Source: Lama glama (Eukaryota). Taken from it: 64,000 bases of DNA. Of this stretch, positions 1-10,349 are shown in pieces. Within the stretch, counting starts at the first letter, position 1, and every line of letters starts with the position of its first letter. The position numbers and the translations under genes are program-made. Under the pieces are notes generated by a model. The model was not told the origin of the DNA. It was given only the letters and a program-made list of their open reading frames with translations, and did not search any database. The DNA lies in contig CM052817.1 of assembly GCA_028534125.1 (NCBI GenBank), forward strand, positions 104,224,001 through 104,288,000, read 5' to 3'.

Positions 1-32
1 AGGAATCTCCATACTGTTTTCCACAGTGGCTG
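1..32 (-). mobile_element. L1 ORF2 3'-region fragment, cut by the assembly gap
   Basis: AGGAATCTCCATACTGTTTTCCACAGTGGCTG closely matches 12130-12161 (aggagcctccatactgttctccatagtggctg) inside the minus-strand L1 of this window. Confidence 0.8.
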
Positions 33-532
33 NNNNNNNNNNNNNNNNNNNNNNNNNNNNNNNNNNNNNNNNNNNNNNNNNNNNNNNNNNNNNNNNNNNN
101 NNNNNNNNNNNNNNNNNNNNNNNNNNNNNNNNNNNNNNNNNNNNNNNNNNNNNNNNNNNNNNNNNNNNNNNNNNNNNNNNNNNNNNNNNNNNNNNNNNNN
201 NNNNNNNNNNNNNNNNNNNNNNNNNNNNNNNNNNNNNNNNNNNNNNNNNNNNNNNNNNNNNNNNNNNNNNNNNNNNNNNNNNNNNNNNNNNNNNNNNNNN
301 NNNNNNNNNNNNNNNNNNNNNNNNNNNNNNNNNNNNNNNNNNNNNNNNNNNNNNNNNNNNNNNNNNNNNNNNNNNNNNNNNNNNNNNNNNNNNNNNNNNN
401 NNNNNNNNNNNNNNNNNNNNNNNNNNNNNNNNNNNNNNNNNNNNNNNNNNNNNNNNNNNNNNNNNNNNNNNNNNNNNNNNNNNNNNNNNNNNNNNNNNNN
501 NNNNNNNNNNNNNNNNNNNNNNNNNNNNNNNN
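33..532. other. Assembly gap (500 N)
   Basis: Run of exactly 500 N. Confidence 1.
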
Positions 533-600
533 ATAATTATTAATAATTATATATTATATAATATAATTTTATAATTATTATAATTATTATTATTATGAAT
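533..600. repeat. AT-only low-complexity (TAT/TAA)n tract
   Basis: Almost entirely A/T, with repeated ttat/taat units next to the gap. Confidence 0.85.
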
Positions 601-1709
601 TATGAGCTGCCTTCTGAGACAAGAATGCTGAAGGAACCAGTATATCCATTTTGTTCTTTTTTGCGGGGGAAGGAAAATCTCCACCACATAAACACAGTTC
701 CACATTGGGAAGGTGGCAACAGTGGATGGTGTAGAATCCAAAAGAATGAATGAATGAAAACAAGGAGGAAGCTAATTTGAGAGGAAATGCTTCCAATCTG
801 TTATAAGGGAGAGTTTTCTATCAAACAGAACTTTCCAGAATAGATCTGGGGAGGTGAAGAATGCTCCCCTTGTGTAACCACCGGGAGGGGAAAATAGGAG
901 AAGGTGTCTGGCTTGCGAGGCTGTTGGTGGGGATGGATTTCCCTTCAATTTCCCCAAAGCCGTGTATCCACCGTCACCATCCACTTCCGCGTCCGGGTGC
1001 GAATGTTTATGTCTCTCTGCCCAGGTAATGACGCGCCTGTTCCCCCAGCTCAGGCTCTCGGGAGCGCTGCTTGTCAGTATGTGCAGCACAAGGTCAGGGA
1101 GCTGCCCAAGAGGCTTACAGGACAATTGTCTTACAGCGTTGATGTGAGTCTTAACAGGAGTTACAACTAGAGAAACACTGGCTTAGCCAGGGGGGCAGGT
1201 TTCCAGAACTTCTGCGTATGAAGGGGGTTGTTAAAACCCCTGGCTAATTTTTTTGCTTTATTGCTTCATACGACTGCACTTTGAGAATGATTCCAAATTG
1301 GCCACAGTGACCCTGACCACCTTGCCAGAGCGATGATGACAGAGCGTTGCAGGTTCACCAACATGTCACAAAGTCAGGCCGTGACTTATGAAAGACAGAG
1401 TAGAAGGCGACAGAAAATAAATATTTTAACATGCTGTTTTATTGTTCACGATGCCAAATACGGTAGTTTTCTGGAAAGAGTATTTCTAGTGTAACCACCA
1501 CTTTACAGCGAATTTCATGTATTGTATATATGACTCTGACCGAAAAGTAAACACAGAAGAAAGTTCTTTGGCTTAAGAAATATAATATGGAAAGAGGCAG
1601 ACAGGTTTGACTTTATTTAATTTCTCTGAGGTATTTCTGAGTATAAGTTAACACCTTTTAAAATTGAATCGTAAATGTAAATAGTAATTTAGAAACTTTC
1701 ACGGCGTTT

Positions 1710-1840
1710 GCTATATGCCAAGCACTGTTTTTTACGTGCTTTGCATTTACTAAATCCTTTCGTCGCCACAACAGTTCTGTGACATAAATTATCTCCTGTC
1801 CACAAATGAGAAAACCGAGACACTTCAGTAAATAACAACT
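1710..1840 (-). mobile_element. MIR SINE fragment
   Basis: tgccaagcactg...gtgctttgcat...cacaaatgagaaaaccgagacac resembles the reverse-complemented MIR core (cagatgaggaaactgaggcac). Confidence 0.7.
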
Positions 1841-2544
1841 CAGGGAGCAACCAGAAAACGGAGGGATGTCTGAAAAATCAGTGGTAGGGGGAAATCTGCC
1901 CAATGGGCAGAACTTGGAGGAGTGTATTTTGTTGTCGGCTTAGTCTGGATTGGGAAATCCCCCAAAAGTGTGACACACGGGGACTAAGCGGCGGGACCAT
2001 GACTGGAGAGCAGGGAGGGCCCCCTATCATTCAAGCCTGTGTCCTTCACTGCGCAAGGAACTCCTTCTGATCAGATGGCTGTGCTTCCTGACTGCTGGGT
2101 CGGTTCCTGCCGGGACCGTGGCTGGTGCTCCTTCACTCCCTGGGTCTCGTGGACTAGCCTTGTCCTCCCTGTAATTGATTCATCTCCATTCAGCACCCAG
2201 CTCAACCATACCTCCTCCACAAAGCCTGTCTTGACAACCATCTTGAAGACTGTGTTTGCTCTGCTTCTCAATCTCACACTCAGTGCCCAGTCTGACCACC
2301 ACCTCAGCTCAGCGCCAACCCGCTGAGCTGCAGAAATCAATACAGCTTCCCATGGGAGCCAGCCAGCCACCTCGCTGTGGAATGATCCCACTGAACACCT
2401 TCCAACGGGAGGAGGCAGTGATCTGCTCTCACAGGAATGGAATTGTATTTTAGATAAACATTTGCCTTCCCTGATCAAAATGCTTTTTTTAAAAAAAAAA
2501 CTGAATCGCTTAATGAATGTATTCATATAAATGCATTTTTTGCA

Positions 2545-2646
2545 TTTTTTTGAGAGAGGCAGGTAATTACATTTATTAAATTAATTTATTTTCAGTGGAG
2601 GTGCTGGGAATTGAACCCAGGACCTTGTGCATGCTATGCCCTCCTC
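2545..2646 (-). mobile_element. Camelid tRNA-derived SINE (Vic-1-like) with A-box deleted
   Basis: Reverse complement reads GGAGGGCATAGC|ATGCACAAGGTCCTGGGTTCAATTCCCAGCACCTCCA...AATTACC...AAAAAAA. It has the B-box GGTTCAATTCC and is homologous to the copy at 47810. Confidence 0.85.
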
Positions 2647-2700
2647 CACCAAAGTGCCTTTACTAGGACCAATATCTATGGTCTTATTTACCTTCATTTT

Positions 2701-4011
2701 ATTCCTAGAACATTGCCTAGGATGAAAATACTCACTTTACACAAAAAGAAGTGTGCCAGGGGGCTCGTGCCGTGAAATCATCTGGTCTTATTCACGCACT
2801 CCTTCAGTGCAAAGCAGGTGGCCTGATTGAATAGTGGAATGGCCTATTGGAAACTGAATTACAGTGCAGTTTAGAGATTATACCCTTGAAATAGCGAGAG
2901 TTTATTGTATAGGATGGAGAATAGATTTTAAATTGGTGGCCAGTATATGGTGTCATTTTTTCCTACAGCTATAACCTAGGGGCCTGGGAGTCAACAGGTG
3001 GAGGATGGAGTGGTATCACTCACTATTTCACTTGCTAACCCATTTGCAGAATTTTTGCACTTCTTTCCAATAACTTAGACATGGCTCGTTTGAATTTCCT
3101 AAGGGAAAATGCATTCACCAGGGGGCGCAGCAATGGTTCCATTGAATCATTGGCCATTTGGGGCTTCTCCTGCCATGAACAGACAGGCAGTTTCTTGCTC
3201 TGGCTGACGTGATCAATCCTGATGACAAAGAAGAAATTGGGTCACTGTCGCTAATGGGAGCTGGAGGAATACGTCAGCAAGCCCGAAATATGACCTCCGA
3301 TGCCTCCAAGGCACAAGTTAGTGGGAAATTATAGCATTTGTACACAAGACCACTGAGGACTCCGATTTTTTAGGCATGAAAATTTAGGTTGACCTACATG
3401 TTGCCAATGACAAAGAGTCTACAGACTTGATAGTAGAATAAAGAAGTTATGTGAAATAGAATATGAAAATGACTATTACGTATGTATATAGATGACTGGG
3501 ACATTGTGCTGTACACCAGAAACTGACACGTTGTAACTGACCGTACTTCAGTGTAAAAAAAGAAATAAGTTACAAAAACCAGTTACAGCTTCATGACCAG
3601 TTCAAAATGAGAACTCCACTTAGCAACTATTAATGCAAATAATATATATATTTTATGACCTATTTGGCTATATGAGTAAGCATCCATGTGTACATATGTT
3701 TGTATAGATGTATCCACTTATTCCTTTTTCTTCCCCCTCATTTTATTTATTATGTGATATAAAAGTTCATGCTTGTGGTTTACTTCAAAACTCCACCTTT
3801 AGGTTACAGAAAATTCTGGTGGCACTGAAATAGTGAGTGAAATAGAGCAGGAAGGGAAATCTCTAGAGAGGTATAAACTACTGTCTCCAGAGACGGAAGT
3901 GGATGGTTTGGATTTTTGAGAGAAACTGAGGGTTCTTTCATTTGTATAAAATATATTTGCAACTTGTTATACAGAAGCATTGCATTAGTACTGTTTTGAC
4001 TGGGGATGGAC
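2701..4011 (+). mobile_element. Fossil ERV-L internal region: integrase core/C-terminus, dUTPase remnant, 3' noncoding region and PPT-like tract
   Basis: Manual translation gives IA*DENTHFTQKEV (ERV-L IASDQGTHFTAKEV), AGGLIE*WNGLLETELQCSL (AAGLIERWNGLLKSQLQCQL), GHLGLLLP and LADVINPDDKEEI (dUTPase GHFGLLLP, LAGVIDPDYQDEI), with many stops and frameshifts. It ends in ggggatggac just before a TG-starting LTR. Confidence 0.85.
3450..3562 (+). mobile_element. 5'-truncated camelid-type L1 3' end inserted in the ERV-L
   Basis: gactgggacattgtgctgtacaccagaaactgacacgttgtaactgac...A-tail, with degenerate TSD aagaagtta (3441-3449) / aataagtta (3564-3572). ERV-L sequence resumes afterwards. Confidence 0.8.
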
Positions 4012-4422
4012 TGTGCTCCGAACCCTCTCTTATGCGCTCTGCTTGGAGACACCTGGTATGAGATTCTGACAGCTTCATTCTCCTTTGTCAGCTGATCCCG
4101 TTTGAGCTCGCCCAGTCGAGGGCCCTGGCGGGAGGGGGAAAGGCAGGAAGAAGAAACTTGTCAGTATCCTCTTAGCCAACGGTGTTTCACTAAGCAGCAG
4201 CTGGCTTGCATCTCAAGCTTCTTTGGTCGTTTCCAGGACCCACTTAACATCCCCACTCAGCGACCCCAGGAGCAGGTGGGTAGCACCTGCTCCCCGGAGG
4301 TCACAGCCTGTCACACAGGGTTCATCCTCTGAGCTGCAGTGCCATCACTGGCCTCCTCAGAGATTTAAAAGTGAGTTCCTAGTGCCCCTCTCTGAGCTCC
4401 TGAGGTTCTTAGATCAGCCAGA

Positions 4423-5461
4423 TGTATTCATGAGGGTGCTCCTGAGAAACAGAACCAACAGGATGTGTATATATACACAGAGAGGTTTATTTTAAGGAAT
4501 TGCTTCATGTAATTATGGAGACTTGGCAAATCCACAATCTGATGGGGTGAACTGACCATCTGCAGACTCAGGGAAGAGTTGCAGTTTGAGTCCAAAGGAA
4601 GTCCACTGGAAGAATTCTTTCTCCTCACGGAGGTCAATCTTGGTTCTATTAAGACCTTCAACTGATTGGATGAGGCTCACCCATCCTGTGGAGGGCAATT
4701 GGCTTTACTCAAAATCCATCAATTTACATGTTAATCTCATCCAAAAAACACTGTCTTAGCTTGGGTGCTATCACAAACAAAACAAAACAAACAGAAAAAC
4801 AAACAAACAAAAAAATAGACTTTGTGTCTTAAACACCAAATGCCAGACATTTATTTTCTTACGGTTCTGGAAGGCTGGAAGTGTAAGATCAAGGTTCTGC
4901 TGATTCAGTTTCTGGTGGGAGCTCTCTTCCTGGCTTTCAGATGGCCACCTTCTCTCTGTGTCCTCATATGGCAGAGGGAATGACAGATTTTCTTCTGCTC
5001 CTTTTCTTATAAAGCCACCAATTCTATTGGATTAGGGCCCCAACCTTATGACCTCATTTAGCCTTAATTACCTCTTAAAGACTCTGCAGGTAGAGGGTTG
5101 GGGGGTTAGAGTTTCAACAGATGAATTTGGGGGAAACACAATTCAGTTCATAACATTCCCTGGTCCCCTGAAATCTGTGTCCTTATTGCATGTGAACTAC
5201 ATTCATTCCATCCCAACAGTTCCCAAAGTCTGAATTCATTCTGGTATCAACTCTAAAGTTTAAAGTTCAGAGTCTCATTTAAATATCATCTAAATCAGGT
5301 ATGGGTGAGACTCAAGGTAGGCAAACTATGTGCTTCCCAAATTTGATGATGGGACAAGCATAGGATAGACAAACATTTCCCAAAGACATCCAGAATAATG
5401 TTTGGCCAGATATCTATGCACCATGGCCCAGTCAAGTTGACATATGAAATCAATTGTGACA
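4423..5461 (-). mobile_element. MLT2-family (ERV-L) solo LTR, interrupted at about 4752-5370
   Basis: Starts tgtattcatgagggtgctcctgagaaacagaacc, includes ttcaactgattggatgaggctcaccc, resumes with ccagaataatgtttggcc...gtcaagttgacat and ends tgaca. Confidence 0.85.
4752..5370 (-). mobile_element. MLT1A-like MaLR LTR (4752-5155) plus about 215 bp of MLT1 internal sequence
   Basis: tgtcttagc...ggctggaagtgtaagatcaagg...aacacaattcagttcataaca, followed by the MaLR-internal-like cattcattccatcccaacagttcccaaagtc...gggtgagactcaagg...gcataggatagac. Confidence 0.85.
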
Positions 5462-5788
5462 TAGGACATCATCCTCAAAGGTCTTATTCCCAACTCTGCT
5501 GGGACCCTCCCTTGAGTTTCTGAGGTATTGGCAGTAGCCTGTGGTACCTTTTCTCAAAATGATTTGAATCTCAGGTCTGTGGTGCCCTTCCTTCAAACTT
5601 CTAAGGTTTAAAAATTTCAGAATCTTTTCTTGTATTTCCCTAGTCTGGGAAATAATAGTTGGTTTTCCCTTTTTGTTTTTCCAGTTCTGTAACCTAGTGT
5701 AACAAATTCTCTGTGTTAAATTCTGTATATTAAAATACCTGATGCCATTTCTATTTTATCTGTGAAACTGTGACTGATAGACCATAAT

Positions 5789-6125
5789 TGTCTAGTTTTG
5801 GCTGCTGTAACCAAGTAACATAGACTATGTGGTTTATAAACAACATAAATTTATTTCTCAAGTTTCTAGAGGCTGGGAGTCTGAGATGAGGATACCAGCA
5901 TGGTTAGGTTCTGGTGAGATTCTCAACTATCTTCTCACTTTGTTCTCGCGTGGGAGAGTGAAGCAAGATTTCGTGTCTTTTTTTAAGGGCGCTAATCCCA
6001 CTCGTGAGGGATCCATCTTCATGACCTAATAGCCTCCCAAAGCCTCGCCTTCTAATGCCATCACAATGGGGGTTAGGATTTCAATATATAGATCATGGAA
6101 GAACACAAATATTCAGTCTGTTGTG
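5789..6125 (-). mobile_element. MLT1A-like MaLR solo LTR with 5-bp TSD ATAAT
   Basis: Typical MLT1 motifs (tttctagaggctgggagtctgagat, gggcgctaatcccactcgtgaggg, acacaaatattcagtc). ATAAT at 5784-5788 and 6126-6130. Confidence 0.85.
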
Positions 6126-6247
6126 ATAATCCTGGCTTTCCTGGGACTGTCCTAATTTATGTCTGTTTTCCCACTGTGTTTTTAACGCTCATTGTCTTTT
6201 TCTCTCCAAAGTATCCTAATTGAGCAAGGAGGTATACAATCATGCTA
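6126..6247. mobile_element. MER94-like hAT-Blackjack MITE remnant (host of the MLT1A)
   Basis: cctggctttcctgggactgtcctaattt...ctccaaagtatcctaatt resembles the recalled MER94 consensus. Confidence 0.5.
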
Positions 6248-6259
6248 AAAGTACATAAC

Positions 6260-6345
6260 AGTGCTCTAGACATCAGGACACCTGGGATCCAGCCCTGGCT
6301 TTGTAAAAATGCGTGTGGTATTGAGCATATCACTTAATCCACTAT
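6260..6345 (+). mobile_element. MIR fragment
   Basis: gacacctgggatccagccctggcttt...tgagcatatcacttaa matches the MIR 5' half. Confidence 0.55.
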
Positions 6346-6679
6346 GAAGAGTCGGTGACAATTTCTACCATTTATTACAGCTCCAAATCTCTTGGGTCTT
6401 ACAATCAATCTATGATGCTATCATACAATTTGTCCAAATGTATTCAAATTTGTTACCATTGAGATATGGATGTAAATCTGAGTAGCATTGGAATTGACAT
6501 GGATTTTGAGCTGTGTTTTAGGGAAGAGAAAGATGAGCTGGGAGAGATTTTCTGATAAAGGATTGCTAAATCAAGTCGATTACATCAACAACCAAATTAT
6601 TGCAGCAGGAAAGGATAGAGATATTTGATAAGTTTAATGTCCATACAGGTCTATTATCATTTATGGATTTTTTCTCTGT

Positions 6680-7085
6680 ATAGGCACTAGTTTAAGTGTT
6701 TTGCATATACAAGTTGACCCTTGAAAAATATGGGTTTGAACTGAGTGAGTTCACTTATATGGGGATTTTTTCCAACAAATACTTGAGTACTACTGGAGTA
6801 TTTCAATAAATACTGTGAAGTACGATCCACAGTTGGTTGTATCCAAGGCTGTGGAACTGCAGATACAGAGGCCAACTAGGACACTCAAGCATCTGTGGAT
6901 TTTGGTATCCTTGGTGGTTCTTGGAACCAATCCTTCCTCAGAAACCAAGGGAAGAATGTAATAATTTATTTAACATTTACAATAATCCTGTGCAGCAGGC
7001 ATTGTTATTATTCCCATTATATAGATGAAAGATTCAGAGAGGTCAAGGACTTGTTTGAATAGACATAGCAAAGAAGTGGTTTGCA
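6680..7085 (-). mobile_element. MIR, split by a Tigger MITE
   Basis: taggcactagtttaagtgttttgca...attcccattatatagatgaaagattcagagaggtcaaggacttg. Confidence 0.7.
6710..6958. mobile_element. TcMar-Tigger non-autonomous DNA transposon (MER2/Tigger2-related) with TA TSD
   Basis: Begins caagttgacccttgaa...gggtttgaactg and ends ggaaccaatcc...ccaagggaagaatg. TA at 6708-6709 and 6959-6960. Confidence 0.8.
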
Positions 7086-7147
7086 CTCAGTAATCTAGTT
7101 TTATAACTGCTATATCATAATGTTAAGTATCAAGATCACACACAGCT

Positions 7148-7300
7148 GTATGTGACATGATGGAGGTGTTGGCAGTAACCCTATGGCAGTAATCATTTTG
7201 CAATAGATAAGTATATCAAATCAATATGTTGTACACCTTAAGTGTTCACAGTATTAAATGCCACTTATATCTTAATAAACTGGAAAAAAGAGAAGAAAGA
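7148..7300 (+). mobile_element. Old L1 3' terminus (L1MA9/L1MB-like)
   Basis: atcaaatcaatatgttgtacacctta...cacttatatcttaataaactggaaaaaag plus an A-rich tail. Confidence 0.75.
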
Positions 7301-7459
7301 TAGCTGATATAGAAGAAATATAATTCCAATGCAAGTTTGATTAGGAAAAATCTACCTAAGCTCTCTTAAAATATATTCCGATTGTTCCTTTTCATAATCA
7401 TAAGAAAACTTTCTGGTTGAAGATGAGCTCCTTCAAATCTATGGCTGTAGACGGCTTAA

Positions 7460-7565
7460 AATAACACATCACAATCCTAGGCCTTCACCTCAGATAATCC
7501 TACAATAATCAGATGTTCTGATTTAGTAGGCTGGAAGTGAGGCCCAGAAATCTGCATTTTAGCTA
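7460..7565. mobile_element. MER5-like hAT-Charlie fragment
   Basis: ttctgatttagtaggctggaagtgaggcccagaaatctgcatttttag resembles MER5A. Confidence 0.55.
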
Positions 7566-7637
7566 TGTGGTTTTGTACCCTTAAAATTGAGAGCAACTAT
7601 TTTCTAGCTTTTGGAATGAAGTACCTGACAGGCATGC

Positions 7638-8003
7638 TGTATTAGTGTGCTAGAGCTGCGTAACAAATAGCACAGGCTGGATGGCTTAACCAACAGGAGT
7701 TTATTTCTGGAGGCTGGAGATCCAAGATCAAGTTTTCTCCTGAGACCTTTCTCTGTGGTTTATAGACAGGCACTTTCCCACTGTACCCTCACACAGTTGT
7801 CCCTGTGGCCCTGTAATCTGTGTCCCAACCTCCTCTTCTTGTAAGGATACCAGTCATAGTGAATTAAAGCCCATTCTAAAGATAACTTTTTAAATGTATT
7901 ACCTCTTTAAAGATCCTATCTCCAAAGACAGTCATATTCCAAACTACTGGGGGTCAGGACTTCAACATAGCTATTTTGGGGGGATGCATTTAAGCTTGTA
8001 ACA
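7638..8003 (-). mobile_element. MLT1B-like MaLR solo LTR
   Basis: TG...CA ends (tgtattagt / gtaaca); ttctggaggctggagatccaagatcaag; ctgggggtcaggacttcaacat. Confidence 0.85.
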
Positions 8004-8009
8004 CCTCTG

Positions 8010-8136
8010 AACACACATCCCATCTTGTTTAGGATAATCCCAGCTTGCATCGGCTGTGCTCGGATGATTTTTATTAAAGCCCCTTTTTCATCTCAAGAGT
8101 ATTCCAGTTTGGGTCATAAATTATATGATCTCCCTA
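8010..8136. mobile_element. MER94-like hAT-Blackjack MITE remnant
   Basis: ttttcatctcaagagtattccagtttgggtcataaattatatgatctcccta resembles the MER94 3' end. Confidence 0.6.
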
Positions 8137-8564
8137 TTTAAAGGTTACAAAGTTACTTAAATATCACTGTCTTATTCTTCTATTTTGTTCCACTGGCATC
8201 TTGAGGACAATTCTTACAGTATACAAAATATTAGAAAAGTGATATTTCCAAAGTTATATTAAGGCCATTATGTTTTCTAAATTACATTACATTGAAAATT
8301 AAAAACCCAGTGAAAGAAAATTAATGTGCTTACAGTAGATTTTACCGCTCTCCACAGGTGCTATTTTTCTTCATTTTCTTACTTGACATATTACGTGTTT
8401 CTAGACAGTCTTTGTAATATTAATGTACAACTGAAATCAAGATTTTAAAGTTTTTTGTTCAAAGGCTGCTCCACACATAATTGAAATGTCATTTCTATGC
8501 ACAGTTTTCGGTCCAAGAGAATATAGCAACTTACCTTTCCGAAGCTATGAGGATGCCATTTGGA

Positions 8565-8665
8565 CTACCCCAAGTCAATTAAATTCTTTCTGCCCTAGTT
8601 TTTTCATCTGTAAAATGTGCATCAAAATACCAGCTACCCTAGAATTATGAACGTTGTCAAGTTCA
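8565..8665 (+). mobile_element. MIR core fragment
   Basis: tctgccctagttttttcatctgtaaaatg matches the MIR core. Confidence 0.6.
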
Positions 8666-10349
8666 CACAACAGCTAAGATTTCGTCTGCCTCCACGCCTG
8701 ACTCTTCCTCCCTTTCGTTTTCTCATCACCTCTCCCAGCACTTGTCATCTGCTTTGTCTCCTATTGTTGTTTTTGTCCTTGCTCTCGGGATGTTGACTTG
8801 GGGCAAAGGTACTGTGTTGGTGGGTTTTTATTCCTTGAACACAGCAGATGAGATGCTTACAGATAATGCTAGGTATTCGTGGAGGGAAAAAGGATGGATG
8901 GATGAACTTGACAAAGGCAGTGTGCTTCCATTTTCTCTACCGTAGAAAATTACATAAAAGAATCACAGAAGAGATCATTCAAGGGCTTGAACATCTAATG
9001 GAGACTTTTCTAACGTGAACTCTGCAGACACCATTCAGGCATCACACGCGTAATTCAGAAGTGGGCAATCATAGAAGGAGAACTCAGACAACAGATAAGA
9101 GACAGAAAACGTACAGCTTGTTCTTCCTCATATTTCCTTTGGCAGAGAAAACAATTTTAAATCTCATTATTGGGACGGAAGCCTTTGCTCATGAGTCTTC
9201 ACCTGCCTGAGTGCACACACTCTGTGTTGGAAGAGAAATGAATCTGAAAAATCAGCTTGTTCTTATTCATCTTAGAATCCTTATAAAATGGAGACACAGT
9301 AACCCCAGAGTACTTTTCTGATTTTACCAAGAATCCATAAAAGTTCTCCTATCTTTCTTTCTCCAGGACAATTTCTATCTTAATTTGCTTTAACTTTGTA
9401 TATTACTCTAAAATTACTCTGTATGCTAACGATGAATCTGTTTCACTTTAGAAGGGGAAAAGCTATGTCTCAAACATGCTAGGATCGTTCAACATGATCT
9501 GTCAGGATCGTTAAGTCATACACACCAATCTCCCAGATACACACTTTGACAGTGGAAAGAAGGCACCTCTACGACTTAACACTTGCTTGGCTTCATGAGT
9601 GCAAAGCAACCTCCTTTCTCTCTCTCTTTTTTTTTTTTCCTTATGTGCAAGTTTTGTAGCCAAGATATAATATCCAAATTCACACACTAAACTTTAGTTT
9701 CAATGGATGTTAATACTTTTGTAAGTTCGTTACAAAGATTGCCCCAGCAGTTTGTTTTGAATTGAAATTTCTCTCATCTCAGCTGCGAAGCCTGAATTGC
9801 AATCTGGCAGGTCTGTCTTCCTTCTGTCTTCCTTCCTCCCTTCTTACGGGGGGCGGTGGGAGTGGACGTCGTCTGAGGAGGGAGCATGAACACACCCAGT
9901 AGCCCTGCCCCATTTTACATGTGAGAAGTGCGAAGTCTCATTATAAAATGAAAGGAAAGACCCACATTTAAGTTCATCTTAAATAAAAAAAAATTATGGG
10001 AGTATTTGAAAACTTCTCTTCCCCAATCCAAGATATTTATCTAAATTTGGGAGTGATGGGAGTGATTGGCAATATAGCATTTTGATAGCTTCGAATTAGC
10101 ATTGGTTTTGCCACCACTGCATTTCCAGCCTGCCATTTTCAGTGACACTTGACAGTTCTCTGCACTACACATTCTTTTCTAGGGCTCTTTTCACTCTAAT
10201 GCTGCTAGAATTTTCTGAATGATGATCAAGTTGGTCATCTCCTTTGGGAGACGTTCTCATGGACGGTAAGGAGTTTCTCCTCACATCAGCTCAAGTTCTA
10301 GTTTGTAAGTGACACTTTTTCCATCTTTTAATCTCTTTAAAATACAAAT

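Larger units (their letters stand above)
4012..5781 (+). mobile_element. ERV-L LTR (LTR41-like), split by nested MLT2 and MLT1 insertions
   Basis: 5' part (ttctcctttgtcagctg...gagggccctggcgggag) and 3' part (attaaa...gtgactgataga) resemble the recalled LTR41 family, and it directly follows the ERV-L PPT-like tract. Confidence 0.6.

Noticed and set aside
26..574. 182-aa ORF across the first gap
   Set aside because: Artefact of the N run.
1952..1961. Isolated NF-kB consensus sites (also 52219-52228)
   Set aside because: A few such matches are expected by chance and there is no supporting cluster.
5789..8136. Apparent duplication of an MLT1 plus MER94 unit
   Set aside because: The two MLT1s are different subfamilies with different junctions, so these are independent insertions.
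8529..8610. Perfect minus-strand donor (acttacct) with an upstream acceptor
   Set aside because: The apparent acceptor is the MIR core (catctgtaaaatg) and there is no coding signal.
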